A DNA stretch of 32,218 bases. Source: a virus. Lineage: Duplodnaviria > Caudoviricetes. The notes under the pieces are model-generated. The model saw nothing but the letters and a program-made list of their open reading frames with translations. It was not told the origin of the DNA and did no database searches. Positions 1-8,300 of the stretch are shown here, piece after piece. Position 1 is the first letter of the stretch. Each line of letters starts with the position of its first letter. A program made the translations under genes and the position numbers. The DNA lies in IMG/VR virus record IMGVR_UViG_3300032270_001236, positions 1 through 32,218 of that record; one strand, given 5' to 3'.

Positions 1-1098
1 AACGCCACCAGTTCTAAGTGCTCTTGCACCCATTCGGGCGCCACCAGCAGTAACACCAGATTTTGCTGCCTGTTGAGTCATCGCACCCGCTTTGCGAGCA
101 ATATTTCTATATTCTTCATCTACTGATGTTTCTTCTTTGTTAAATCTTGGAAGATCCGTTCCTAAAACTTTTTTTACTTTCTGTGATGGTAACTGTCCTT
201 GTTGTGCAGTCGTCATTTGTTGAAGTTTTTTAGAAGCATTTGTAGTTCTTACTCTTGTATGATCCGATCCAATATTAAAACTTACACCCTCAGATTTCAT
301 CTCACCACTATCAACATAATCTGCTGCAGTATCAATATAATCTGCCGCTTTTGTAATTTTTGATTGAACCCATGCTTCAAGATTACCTTCACCTTTACCC
401 ATTTTTTTCTTTAGCCTTTTTACTGCTGAAATAATAGTTGAAAGTTCAGAACGAGCCATAGAATACTCGTGATCCTTTTCTTCATTTGCTGGATGTGGTT
501 TGTTGGGATCATATGAATTTGATGCTAAAGCAACTGGGGTTGAAAACATATCCCAATACTTAGGTCCATACTTACAAGCATCTCTAGTTTCTTCTTTTGC
601 ACATTTTGGACAATATCTTACCATTCCAGTTTCTTCTTTGATAGAACGACAATCTGGAACTTCTATTCCATCCTTGATTTTTGTCTTCGTAGCAACTTTA
701 CCTGGCCAACACTTACTGGCACCTACATTTTTACGTGCTTGCTTTAAACCTTCTTCAATATCTAAAGTTTTTGGATATCCTTTCTCTCCTGGTTTTTTGG
801 GCGATTTACCTGCTTTTCTACGAGCATGAATATTTGCCCAAAGACCTTTGCCTTCAGTAACATCTTTAAATTTTTGATGTTCTTTTTTTGCAGATGCTTC
901 CATTTTTTTAAGTCTTGTATAGTAGTCTGGAATTTCGTCCAAATGTTGAAGAGCAATGTCCATAGCAAGTTTATGATTCTTAGTGTGCTCGTGCTCAATT
1001 GGTTCTCCCATATCAAGTTGCTTCTGAATATCTAAGACATCCATACGATGCTTCTTTGCAATTTGTTCAACTGATTTATGAGGTTTTAATTTCTGCAC
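1..1098 (-). CDS. Partial modular basic protein downstream of gp16 (>=366 aa; N-terminal DUF5661-like motif; putative internal head polyprotein)
   Basis: Not in ORF track because it runs off the window. Manually translated stop-free frame from GTG at 1098: MQKLKPHKSVEQIAKKHRMDVLDIQKQLDMGEPIEHEHTKNHKLAMDIALQHLDEIPDYYTRLKKME...GLWANIHARRKAGK...KCWPGK...DHEYSMARSEL...EAWVQSKITKAADY...; late-promoter-like CTAAATA upstream. Confidence 0.85.
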   Translation of the reverse strand, partial: MQKLKPHKSVEQIAKKHRMDVLDIQKQLDMGEPIEHEHTKNHKLAMDIALQHLDEIPDYYTRLKKMEASAKKEHQKFKDVTEGKGLWANIHARRKAGKSPKKPGEKGYPKTLDIEEGLKQARKNVGASKCWPGKVATKTKIKDGIEVPDCRSIKEETGMVRYCPKCAKEETRDACKYGPKYWDMFSTPVALASNSYDPNKPHPANEEKDHEYSMARSELSTIISAVKRLKKKMGKGEGNLEAWVQSKITKAADYIDTAADYVDSGEMKSEGVSFNIGSDHTRVRTTNASKKLQQMTTAQQGQLPSQKVKKVLGTDLPRFNKEETSVDEEYRNIARKAGAMTQQAAKSGVTAGGARMGARALRTGGV

Positions 1099-1111
1099 AA
1101 TAAAAAAAAAA

Positions 1112-1540
1112 TTATTCCTTATTGTTATTTAGAAAACCTTGTTTGAGTATTTTTGAAAGTTCTGATGTAGATCCAACAAATACTGCGTTATTTGTGACAT
1201 TATTGGTAGTTTTTACAACATCTTCCTCAACGTCTTTAAGTTTCTTTTGGAGGTCAATTAATTTATCAGTAGTATCAGCAACGCTTTTAATCAATTGACC
1301 AGCAACTTCATATGCTCTTGGAGAACCTCCCTCTCCAGCAAGTTCCATAATTCCATTAATTGCTTCTTGACCCTTTTCAATCAAAGAATAAAGATTTGCT
1401 CTTGTGTATTCATAATCTTTTTTAATGTCACTTTCTTCTCTAGGTTTAATAATTTCTATCTCACATGTTTTGGAGTCACTCTCAATTATTTGGCTGTCAA
1501 GGTTTAATGCTTTATCCAATTTATCGTAACTATTTTTCAT
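1112..1540 (-). CDS. gp16: Terminase small subunit
   Basis: DYEYTRANLYSLIEKGQEAI...PRAYEVAGQLIK and FVGSTSELSK motifs of T4-like gp16; synteny after gp15. Confidence 0.93.
   Translation of the reverse strand: MKNSYDKLDKALNLDSQIIESDSKTCEIEIIKPREESDIKKDYEYTRANLYSLIEKGQEAINGIMELAGEGGSPRAYEVAGQLIKSVADTTDKLIDLQKKLKDVEEDVVKTTNNVTNNAVFVGSTSELSKILKQGFLNNNKE
1126..1132 (-). promoter_or_regulatory. Putative T4-type late promoter (CTAAATA) for the 1-1098 gene
   Basis: Minus-strand CTAAATA at the 3' end of gp16, ~27 nt upstream of the GTG; variant of the gp55 TATAAATA box. Confidence 0.5.
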
Positions 1541-1545
1541 ACTAT

Positions 1546-2343
1546 TTAAATATCAGTTTGCTGAGATGAACTATAAGTTTTGCCGTCGTCAAAATATTCC
1601 CAAGAACCATCAAATCCAAAATCATCATCCGGTTCTGCATTTATTGGATCTGGTTGGACTGTATATCTTATTTCTCTCTTAGCAGATGCTATATCGGTAG
1701 TTGTATGCGTATCAACTTGAACTTTACGAATTAATCCATCCGTAGTAGAAGCAATAGGACCAAACAGGTATGTTTTTGCTGTAAATTGTAATGTATAAAT
1801 TAAAGCTCTTCTTGTAGAAAAATCACCTTCATAATCGTCTTGAAAAGAAATATTATCTAATACTACTGGAACATCTCTTTTCTCTCCTATTGAATTTACC
1901 AGATCAACAGTTAGTGTAAATGCTGGTTGAAAATATGGTAAAATTTGTTCTATAATCTGTAAAGAATCATCATTCAATTTGCTTAAAATATTTAATTCAA
2001 AACCAATATTATATGGAACTGGTAAATATACTTTTTTTAAATTATTCCCATCAGATGCTTTAAATGTTTGAGTTACCCCAGATTTTCTTGAAGAGTCATA
2101 CTGTATTGAATTCATTTCAAAAGACATTCTTGGTAATGTAATTTGAACTGGTTTATTTAAATCTGGTTGTTGTTCAATTCTTGCTAGAAATTTTTGAGAT
2201 GGTCCATATGAAATAGGAACTCTTATTTCACTATAAGTACCCCCATCAGCATCTTTATGTTGTATGTACAATTGATTAAACAAAGTTCCAAATGAAACTA
2301 TTGTTTTTCTAATGATTTCGTGATAGTAATAAGTTCCTAACAT
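1546..2343 (-). CDS. gp15: Tail sheath stabilizer / tail completion protein
   Basis: YYYHEIIRKTIVSFGTLFN, VPISYGP, LPRMSFE, QIIEQILPYFQP motifs; follows gp13-gp14; TAATG overlap with gp14 stop. Confidence 0.95.
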   Translation of the reverse strand: MLGTYYYHEIIRKTIVSFGTLFNQLYIQHKDADGGTYSEIRVPISYGPSQKFLARIEQQPDLNKPVQITLPRMSFEMNSIQYDSSRKSGVTQTFKASDGNNLKKVYLPVPYNIGFELNILSKLNDDSLQIIEQILPYFQPAFTLTVDLVNSIGEKRDVPVVLDNISFQDDYEGDFSTRRALIYTLQFTAKTYLFGPIASTTDGLIRKVQVDTHTTTDIASAKREIRYTVQPDPINAEPDDDFGFDGSWEYFDDGKTYSSSQQTDI

Positions 2344-3743
2344 TAGTAATTTCCGAATGGGTTTGATTCTGTAAAATCTAGAATTAGATCTGCTTCTTCT
2401 TCTATTTCATCGTTTTGTTCATATTTATCAGAAAATTCAGTTCCAGATGTTGTCTTTAATGTGTATATTGATGAGGATGCGGTTCCTACTATATTTTCTC
2501 CAGGAATAAAATCACCATCAATTACTCCAACAGTTAAAATATTGGTATCTTTATCCCAAGATTTAACTCTGGAAGTTGTTCCAGATTCAGATCCTCTTAT
2601 TATTTCATTAAACCTATAAGTTCCTATGCCAGTTAAAAGCGGAGGTGGTGCAATTGTTATTGTTGGAGATGTAGTATACCCAATACCAGCATCTCTAATT
2701 AATATTTGAGTTATAGATCCTGATGTTCCAACAACTGCAATTCCCCTTGCAGTAACTCCAGATCCAACTGTAGGGTTACTAAAAGTTACAATTGGAGGTT
2801 TGACATAACCCTCACCATAACTACTAAATCCAACAACACGAGCACCATAAGATCCTTCTACAAAATCTGCTGTTGCTGCTGCACCTACACCATTTCCATT
2901 AGAATAAATCGTAACGGATGGTATAGAAGTATATCCAGATCCTGGATTAACTAATAATATTTCTTTTATTGAACAAACTCCACCTTTACATGTAGTAATT
3001 GCTACTGCAGAAGCTGATATTCCTCCTGCTGGTGCTGGTGAAAAACCTACTGTTGGAATTCCAGTATAACCATTACCGTCATTATTGATAATTATTCTTC
3101 TAACATAACCGCTAGAAATTCCAGATGTAGCATTTGCAGTTTGACCAAAGGAAAATAATTGTAAAGATGTAATATATCCTTGCTGCTGCAAAGTGCCATC
3201 TATTTCATCAACCGCAGTACTAACATCAGAAAATCCTCCAATCTCATCTTCATATTCAAATAGTTCACACTTTAATTCGTAAACATAAGTTTTCCCTAAC
3301 TGATAGAATGGTTGCTCATGCTCAACAAATTTAACTTCAAATAATCTTTTACCAAGAGGGAAGTAAATAATATCACCTTCTCTAGGTCTTGTTGTTAAAA
3401 CTATTTCATTATCATCCATTCCTTCTAAAAATGGAGAAATGAAATCTTCAAATCTTTCTTTTGAAATTATTAAAGTTAATTCATCCCTTAAACTCATTCC
3501 AAATTTAGTTAGAATATCTCCAGATCCACCATAACCATCGAAATTACTAACGTATGCTTCAATCGAATAGTTATCATCAAATCTTGATGTTTGAACTTCT
3601 CTAAAAATAGTGTTTTTTCTGACAAATTTTCTGGGTATATATAAAACTTCAACACCGTATATTTTTAGATGTTCATTTACCAGTTCTTGTATTAATCTTT
3701 GTTCACCAGGAGATCCTTGGAGAAAAAATGGATTTAATGCCAT
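2343..3743 (-). CDS. gp14: Neck protein gp14 with internal repeat insertion
   Basis: N-terminal LNPFF...EQRLIQEL, KFGM, RPREGDIIYFP, LFEVKFVEHEQPFYQLGK; C-terminal DFTESNPFG; central GxGY repeats. Confidence 0.93.
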   Translation of the reverse strand: MALNPFFLQGSPGEQRLIQELVNEHLKIYGVEVLYIPRKFVRKNTIFREVQTSRFDDNYSIEAYVSNFDGYGGSGDILTKFGMSLRDELTLIISKERFEDFISPFLEGMDDNEIVLTTRPREGDIIYFPLGKRLFEVKFVEHEQPFYQLGKTYVYELKCELFEYEDEIGGFSDVSTAVDEIDGTLQQQGYITSLQLFSFGQTANATSGISSGYVRRIIINNDGNGYTGIPTVGFSPAPAGGISASAVAITTCKGGVCSIKEILLVNPGSGYTSIPSVTIYSNGNGVGAAATADFVEGSYGARVVGFSSYGEGYVKPPIVTFSNPTVGSGVTARGIAVVGTSGSITQILIRDAGIGYTTSPTITIAPPPLLTGIGTYRFNEIIRGSESGTTSRVKSWDKDTNILTVGVIDGDFIPGENIVGTASSSIYTLKTTSGTEFSDKYEQNDEIEEEADLILDFTESNPFGNY

Positions 3744-3744
3744 A

Positions 3745-4590
3745 TTAACCGATCATGTCTAATGGTGGAAGTTCATATTCTAGAGTCATTCTTTGTTTAA
3801 TATCTTCTAATTCTTTTTCTGCATCTTCATATATTTCTCTTCCATTTAATTCTACTCCACCTGGAAGTTTAACACCCCTAAATTTTATTAAATTTTGACC
3901 CCATTGCTTTTTAATTAATGCAGTTAAATATTTTTTAATAAAACTATCATTATATACCTTAGTAAACTCATTTGGATCTAAAATTCGGTAACAATCTATT
4001 ATAAGAAAATCACCAGCATTATTTCCTTCCCAATTAAAATCTAAATATAATCTATTTTGTCTTTTATTAAATCTAATTTGTTTATCTGTTGTAAGTAAAA
4101 AATCAATATCCTCAAGATACGATTTTGTCATAGAATATTGAAGAAGTTGTATAGAATTAAAATAATATAAGTCATTTAAAAATAATTGATATTTAATACT
4201 AAACATTCCAGAAGATATTGTACTCGAATTAAATTTAAATATTTTTTCAATACCAATTATAGAATCTGGAACCTGTATATAATTTGAAGATTCGTAAAAA
4301 TTAAATGTTTTAGTAACACCATTAACATTTGATGATCCAGTGGTTGTAACTATTCCAGAACCAACTGGAGATTTTGCATTTGCAGAACCTCTATCAATAT
4401 CTTCTTGAGTTATTTGATATTTTAAGTACATTTTTTCAACACCATCAAAGTGTCTTTCATAAAAGTACTGTAAAGCATCATCTACTGCATCATCTATTTG
4501 GTCGTCATCGACATTAATTTCTAATATAGGGGCACCTAATTTTCTTAAACAATAATCTACTAGTTGTTGCCTGGATGCTGGTTTAGCCAT
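3745..4590 (-). CDS. gp13: Neck protein gp13
   Basis: YCLRKLGAPILEINV, KKQWGQNLIKF, LPGGVELNGREIY motifs typical of T4-like gp13. Confidence 0.95.
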   Translation of the reverse strand: MAKPASRQQLVDYCLRKLGAPILEINVDDDQIDDAVDDALQYFYERHFDGVEKMYLKYQITQEDIDRGSANAKSPVGSGIVTTTGSSNVNGVTKTFNFYESSNYIQVPDSIIGIEKIFKFNSSTISSGMFSIKYQLFLNDLYYFNSIQLLQYSMTKSYLEDIDFLLTTDKQIRFNKRQNRLYLDFNWEGNNAGDFLIIDCYRILDPNEFTKVYNDSFIKKYLTALIKKQWGQNLIKFRGVKLPGGVELNGREIYEDAEKELEDIKQRMTLEYELPPLDMIG

Positions 4591-4594
4591 ATTT

Positions 4595-4933
4595 TTACTT
4601 AGTAACTCCTTCTCTAACTAAAGCCATACCCTCAACAACTCTTGTAGTTGAATTGTTATTTGTAAGTAAAACATCATATACATATCTTCCAGGTTTTAGT
4701 GATGATGTTGTAGTGGATCCCAAACTAATTCTAATTTGACCAGTTTGCGTATTAACAATAGAAGATGTGAAAGTTGTTACTCCAGTACTTCCCGACCACT
4801 TTCTCATTTGAGATTGTACACTTGCTGAAGATAAATTCATCGCAGAATTTGTGGCACTATCTTCCAGAAAAAAATCTTGAGAAAAAGATGCTCCAGAATT
4901 AATAACCAGATTACTTACATATATTGAGGCCAT
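4595..4933 (-). CDS. Small virion-associated beta-sandwich protein (BppU-like/Ig-like), putative
   Basis: 112 aa; NLVINSGASFSQDF, SQMRK, LKPGRYVYDVLL, RVVEGMALVREGVT pattern; own late promoter; directly before gp13. Confidence 0.7.
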   Translation of the reverse strand: MASIYVSNLVINSGASFSQDFFLEDSATNSAMNLSSASVQSQMRKWSGSTGVTTFTSSIVNTQTGQIRISLGSTTTSSLKPGRYVYDVLLTNNNSTTRVVEGMALVREGVTK

Positions 4934-4962
4934 TATTCTAGTGCCATAAGTAATATATGAAA

Positions 4963-4970
4963 TATTTATG
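4963..4970 (-). promoter_or_regulatory. Late promoter (CATAAATA)
   Basis: Minus-strand CATAAATA overlapping the stop of the 62-aa gene, ~30 nt upstream of ATG 4933. Confidence 0.7.
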
Positions 4971-5154
4971 TTTCATCTTTATTAAAAACTGCAAGTGAAG
5001 ATAAAACCTCTTGCTGTTTCAAATACAGTTTAAAATAAGATTTTGCTATATTTTTTAAAGATTTAATATCATCAATATTATCTATTTCCGAAGCAAATTT
5101 AAAATATTCAAAACTTTTACTTAAATTTTGCAATTCAATTTCATCAGGATTCAT
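4966..5154 (-). CDS. Small helical protein, possible NblA-like (phycobilisome degradation adaptor)
   Basis: 62 aa; overlaps upstream gene by 11 nt; IEL..LSKSF...FASEIDN then amphipathic helix. CDS well supported; NblA similarity judged by eye only. Confidence 0.6.
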   Translation of the reverse strand: MNPDEIELQNLSKSFEYFKFASEIDNIDDIKSLKNIAKSYFKLYLKQQEVLSSLAVFNKDET

Positions 5155-5341
5155 TTAATAACCTCCTTATTAAAGATTTAATTTCTGATAATTCTTTTTT
5201 TAAATTATCAATTTCATTTTTTTGTTTAAGTTTTTCGTCCCTTAATTTAAGATAGTTGTTATATTCAATATTGTCTGCATTCAATATTGCGCCAGTATTT
5301 TCATCTCGGTATAAATTTTTATGCCCTTCTATTGGTATCAT
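5144..5341 (-). CDS. Small hypothetical protein with C-terminal coiled coil
   Basis: 65 aa, IEGHKNLYRDENTGAILN then heptad-like EIDNLKKELSEIKSLIRRLL; TAATG coupling to upstream gene. Confidence 0.8.
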   Translation of the reverse strand: MIPIEGHKNLYRDENTGAILNADNIEYNNYLKLRDEKLKQKNEIDNLKKELSEIKSLIRRLLNES

Positions 5342-8300
5342 TATGCTAATGCAATTGCTCTAATATCCTTAAATTTTAATGGTCTTGCTTCATTTGAACC
5401 ACTCATAACTATTTTAATAACAAATCCGACAAACTGACCTAAATTGTCTGCTGTAAATTCATATTCAGAATATTCACCTTCTGCAGTTGATCCAACATAA
5501 AAATCAGAAGTTCCATCATTAAGTGAAGTATCTATAATTGTATCACCAACACCATCCCCATTTATGTCTTTTAGATTACTATATCCTGGGAAAAATTCAT
5601 AGGATTGGTCAACTTCACTAGAATCTGGACGTATCAATTTGTATAATATTCTAAAATCGTTGGATGAAGATTTATAGCAATTGGTTATTACTTTAAGAGA
5701 TGATGCTGGTTTTAATAAAGTAATTTGATTCGATATGTAAATTGATGAATGTGGATCATTTATTAATAAATTTGATCTATTATCAGAAATGTAATTGGAT
5801 ATTGGAGTATTTAATTTGTTTCTAATAAGGGCAATTGTAGCACCTTCGGAAGTATCTATAACTGGAGAAATATTTGAATCTCTTGTCCTTAAAGTTAAAG
5901 AAATGAGCATAGATTTTAATCTAGGAATTCCAGAAACATTATTGATTTCATTAATTCTAGATGCTATTAATTTTGGTGTGTCAAAATCATTTTTAGAATT
6001 TAAAGCTAGTGGAAGAAGACCTTGATCAACAAAAGATGATTCTGATCCAGAAGCACTAGTTCCCGATATTGTTCTAATTGAACTATTTAAAGATGTTCCT
6101 GGTGGAGTTAAGATATTAAATTTTGGAATAATTGAATTATATTGATAATTTTGAGTTATTTTGCAATTAGATCCCCCAAATGTTTTTTCTTCCAAAAATG
6201 TAGAATTACTAGATTCTCCAGTAACAAATCTTAGATAATAACTGTCTGAAGTTTCTAATGATTTTAGATATTGAGAATCTGTTTTTCTATGTGTCGTATT
6301 AATTCTCATTAAAGAAACACCATTACATTCGTACTTATAAACCATGTCACCAGCATTATGATTTCTAATTATGGAATTATTAACTCCTCTAGAAGAAATT
6401 TGTAATGTATTTGCATTAACCGAACTGTATGCAATAATTTCATTATTAATTAAAACATATCCGGTATTAATACCAGCAACACCTCCACCATCAAAACTAG
6501 AAAATGTTGAAGTACTTGCAATAGATATTGTATTACTTTGAGAAGTTATACTCGATGTTAATTCTTGTGGATTTGTATCTGGAAATGCACCACTAATAGT
6601 AATATAATTATTATTGTCATGCATACCATGGTTATAATGGTCAACTTTAAATGTTTTGCCATCATATAAGTCATTCAAAATTTTTGGAGTTTGTGTAACT
6701 GTAGTTCCAGCTAAAGCAACTTGTGTACCATTTTGGTCGAAATAATATAGAGTATTTCCCAATTGAATTGTTCTTCCTGGAACGTTGGTTAATAATAAAG
6801 TATCAATTCCATTTAAATTGGAAACGGATATTAATGCACCAGTTCCTTTTGGATTGTATCCAGTTGAAATTCCTAACAAGTCTCCTTTTGAATATCCACT
6901 TCCAGAATCTACTATGACTACGCTACTTAATTTTCCACCAGCAAATGTTAAATTGGCAGTAGCTCCATATACGTTAGGACCAAAACCATTTACGGTGAAT
7001 AGGGGAACATTTGGATAAACACCATTAGAATATCCAATTCCAACATTTGTTGTTGTTATTCCTGATATTTTTCCTGCAGATTTTTCTATAAATCCATAAT
7101 TTCCATTTGAAAATTGTATTTTTTTACCAAAAGTATAAAAATCATTAGCATAAGAAGTGGAAATTCCAATTACATATTTCTGAGGAAAACCTGTTATTGG
7201 GTTTGATACTAATTTATCATTATTGCTGTCATAAAATTCACCAGAAGATGTGTCCGAAAGAATAGGATTTGTAAAAAATACTGTTCCAGCAGAGACAAAT
7301 TGAGCTTTATATAATTTAAATTTTAAATCTTGTAATAAAGATGCTGAAGGAATAGCTCCATTTTGTGGCTTGTATAAATTGCCACCTATAAACTGATTAG
7401 AATATATTATTTGTTGAGCATTAGGATAATTTTGAGTCTGGACAGTTGATTCGTTTGATACTGCAGTCCAAACAGAATATAAAGAAGATGATGGCGAATA
7501 AATTCTTACGCAATATTGTTTGTTGGGTTCCAAATAAAGTGGTGATGGTAATTTAACATTAGTAGCAACTTCACCATTAGTAGAAGTGTTAACTTGACTT
7601 GGTAAAAGTTGAATCCTAGCAAAATCTTGCAATAATTTATCTGTCGGAGTTCCACCAAGATCAACCTCACCAATTTCAATAGTTACCTTTTCATTAAGAT
7701 CCTTTTCTGCAAAAAATAAATCAATAGAAGTTAAAAATCCACCAGAATTGTCAACTTTAAATGTTTGTGACAAATAACTTTTTGATAATAAAACTGAAGA
7801 TCTAGTTAAAACTGGTCTTCTAATAATACTATTATTAGAAAAATTTGAATTTTCTGATAGATATAATGTGGATTCGCAAAGACCTTGTCTTATCTGTATT
7901 GATGATGTGGGTTGTGTATTAGTTGCTGTTTGTAGTTTAAAAGTTTTATCTCCTACACCAAAAACGTTTGATGGTAATAAAGGTGAAAATGGATTTCTAA
8001 TAAAGAAGCATCCTATTAAATCGCCATATGTATCTGAAATAAGGTCTTGATTACTTACAGTACACTGAGCTCCACTAGATCTTCCAACTAAAACCATATT
8101 ATAGGAAATATAACCATAAAATCTACCATCAGCATTATCTGATAAAGAGTACGTATCTATGTTTAAAACTGTGGTTGATTGTGAATAGTCAGAAAATATT
8201 TCCGAAGTCTGATATGGATTGGATGGATAAGTTTCTGACGGCGAATTATAAGACCCATATTTGTGGTTAGGTGTGCATAGTCTTGCAGAAAATACTTTCA

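Noticed and set aside
762-1016. 84-aa minus-strand ORF
   Set aside because: Out-of-frame overlap inside the longer 1-1098 frame, which carries coherent motifs.
1543-1549. TTAAATA late-promoter-like box before gp16
   Set aside because: Only 2 nt from the ATG, too close for a normal late start site, and such heptamers are frequent at 30% GC.
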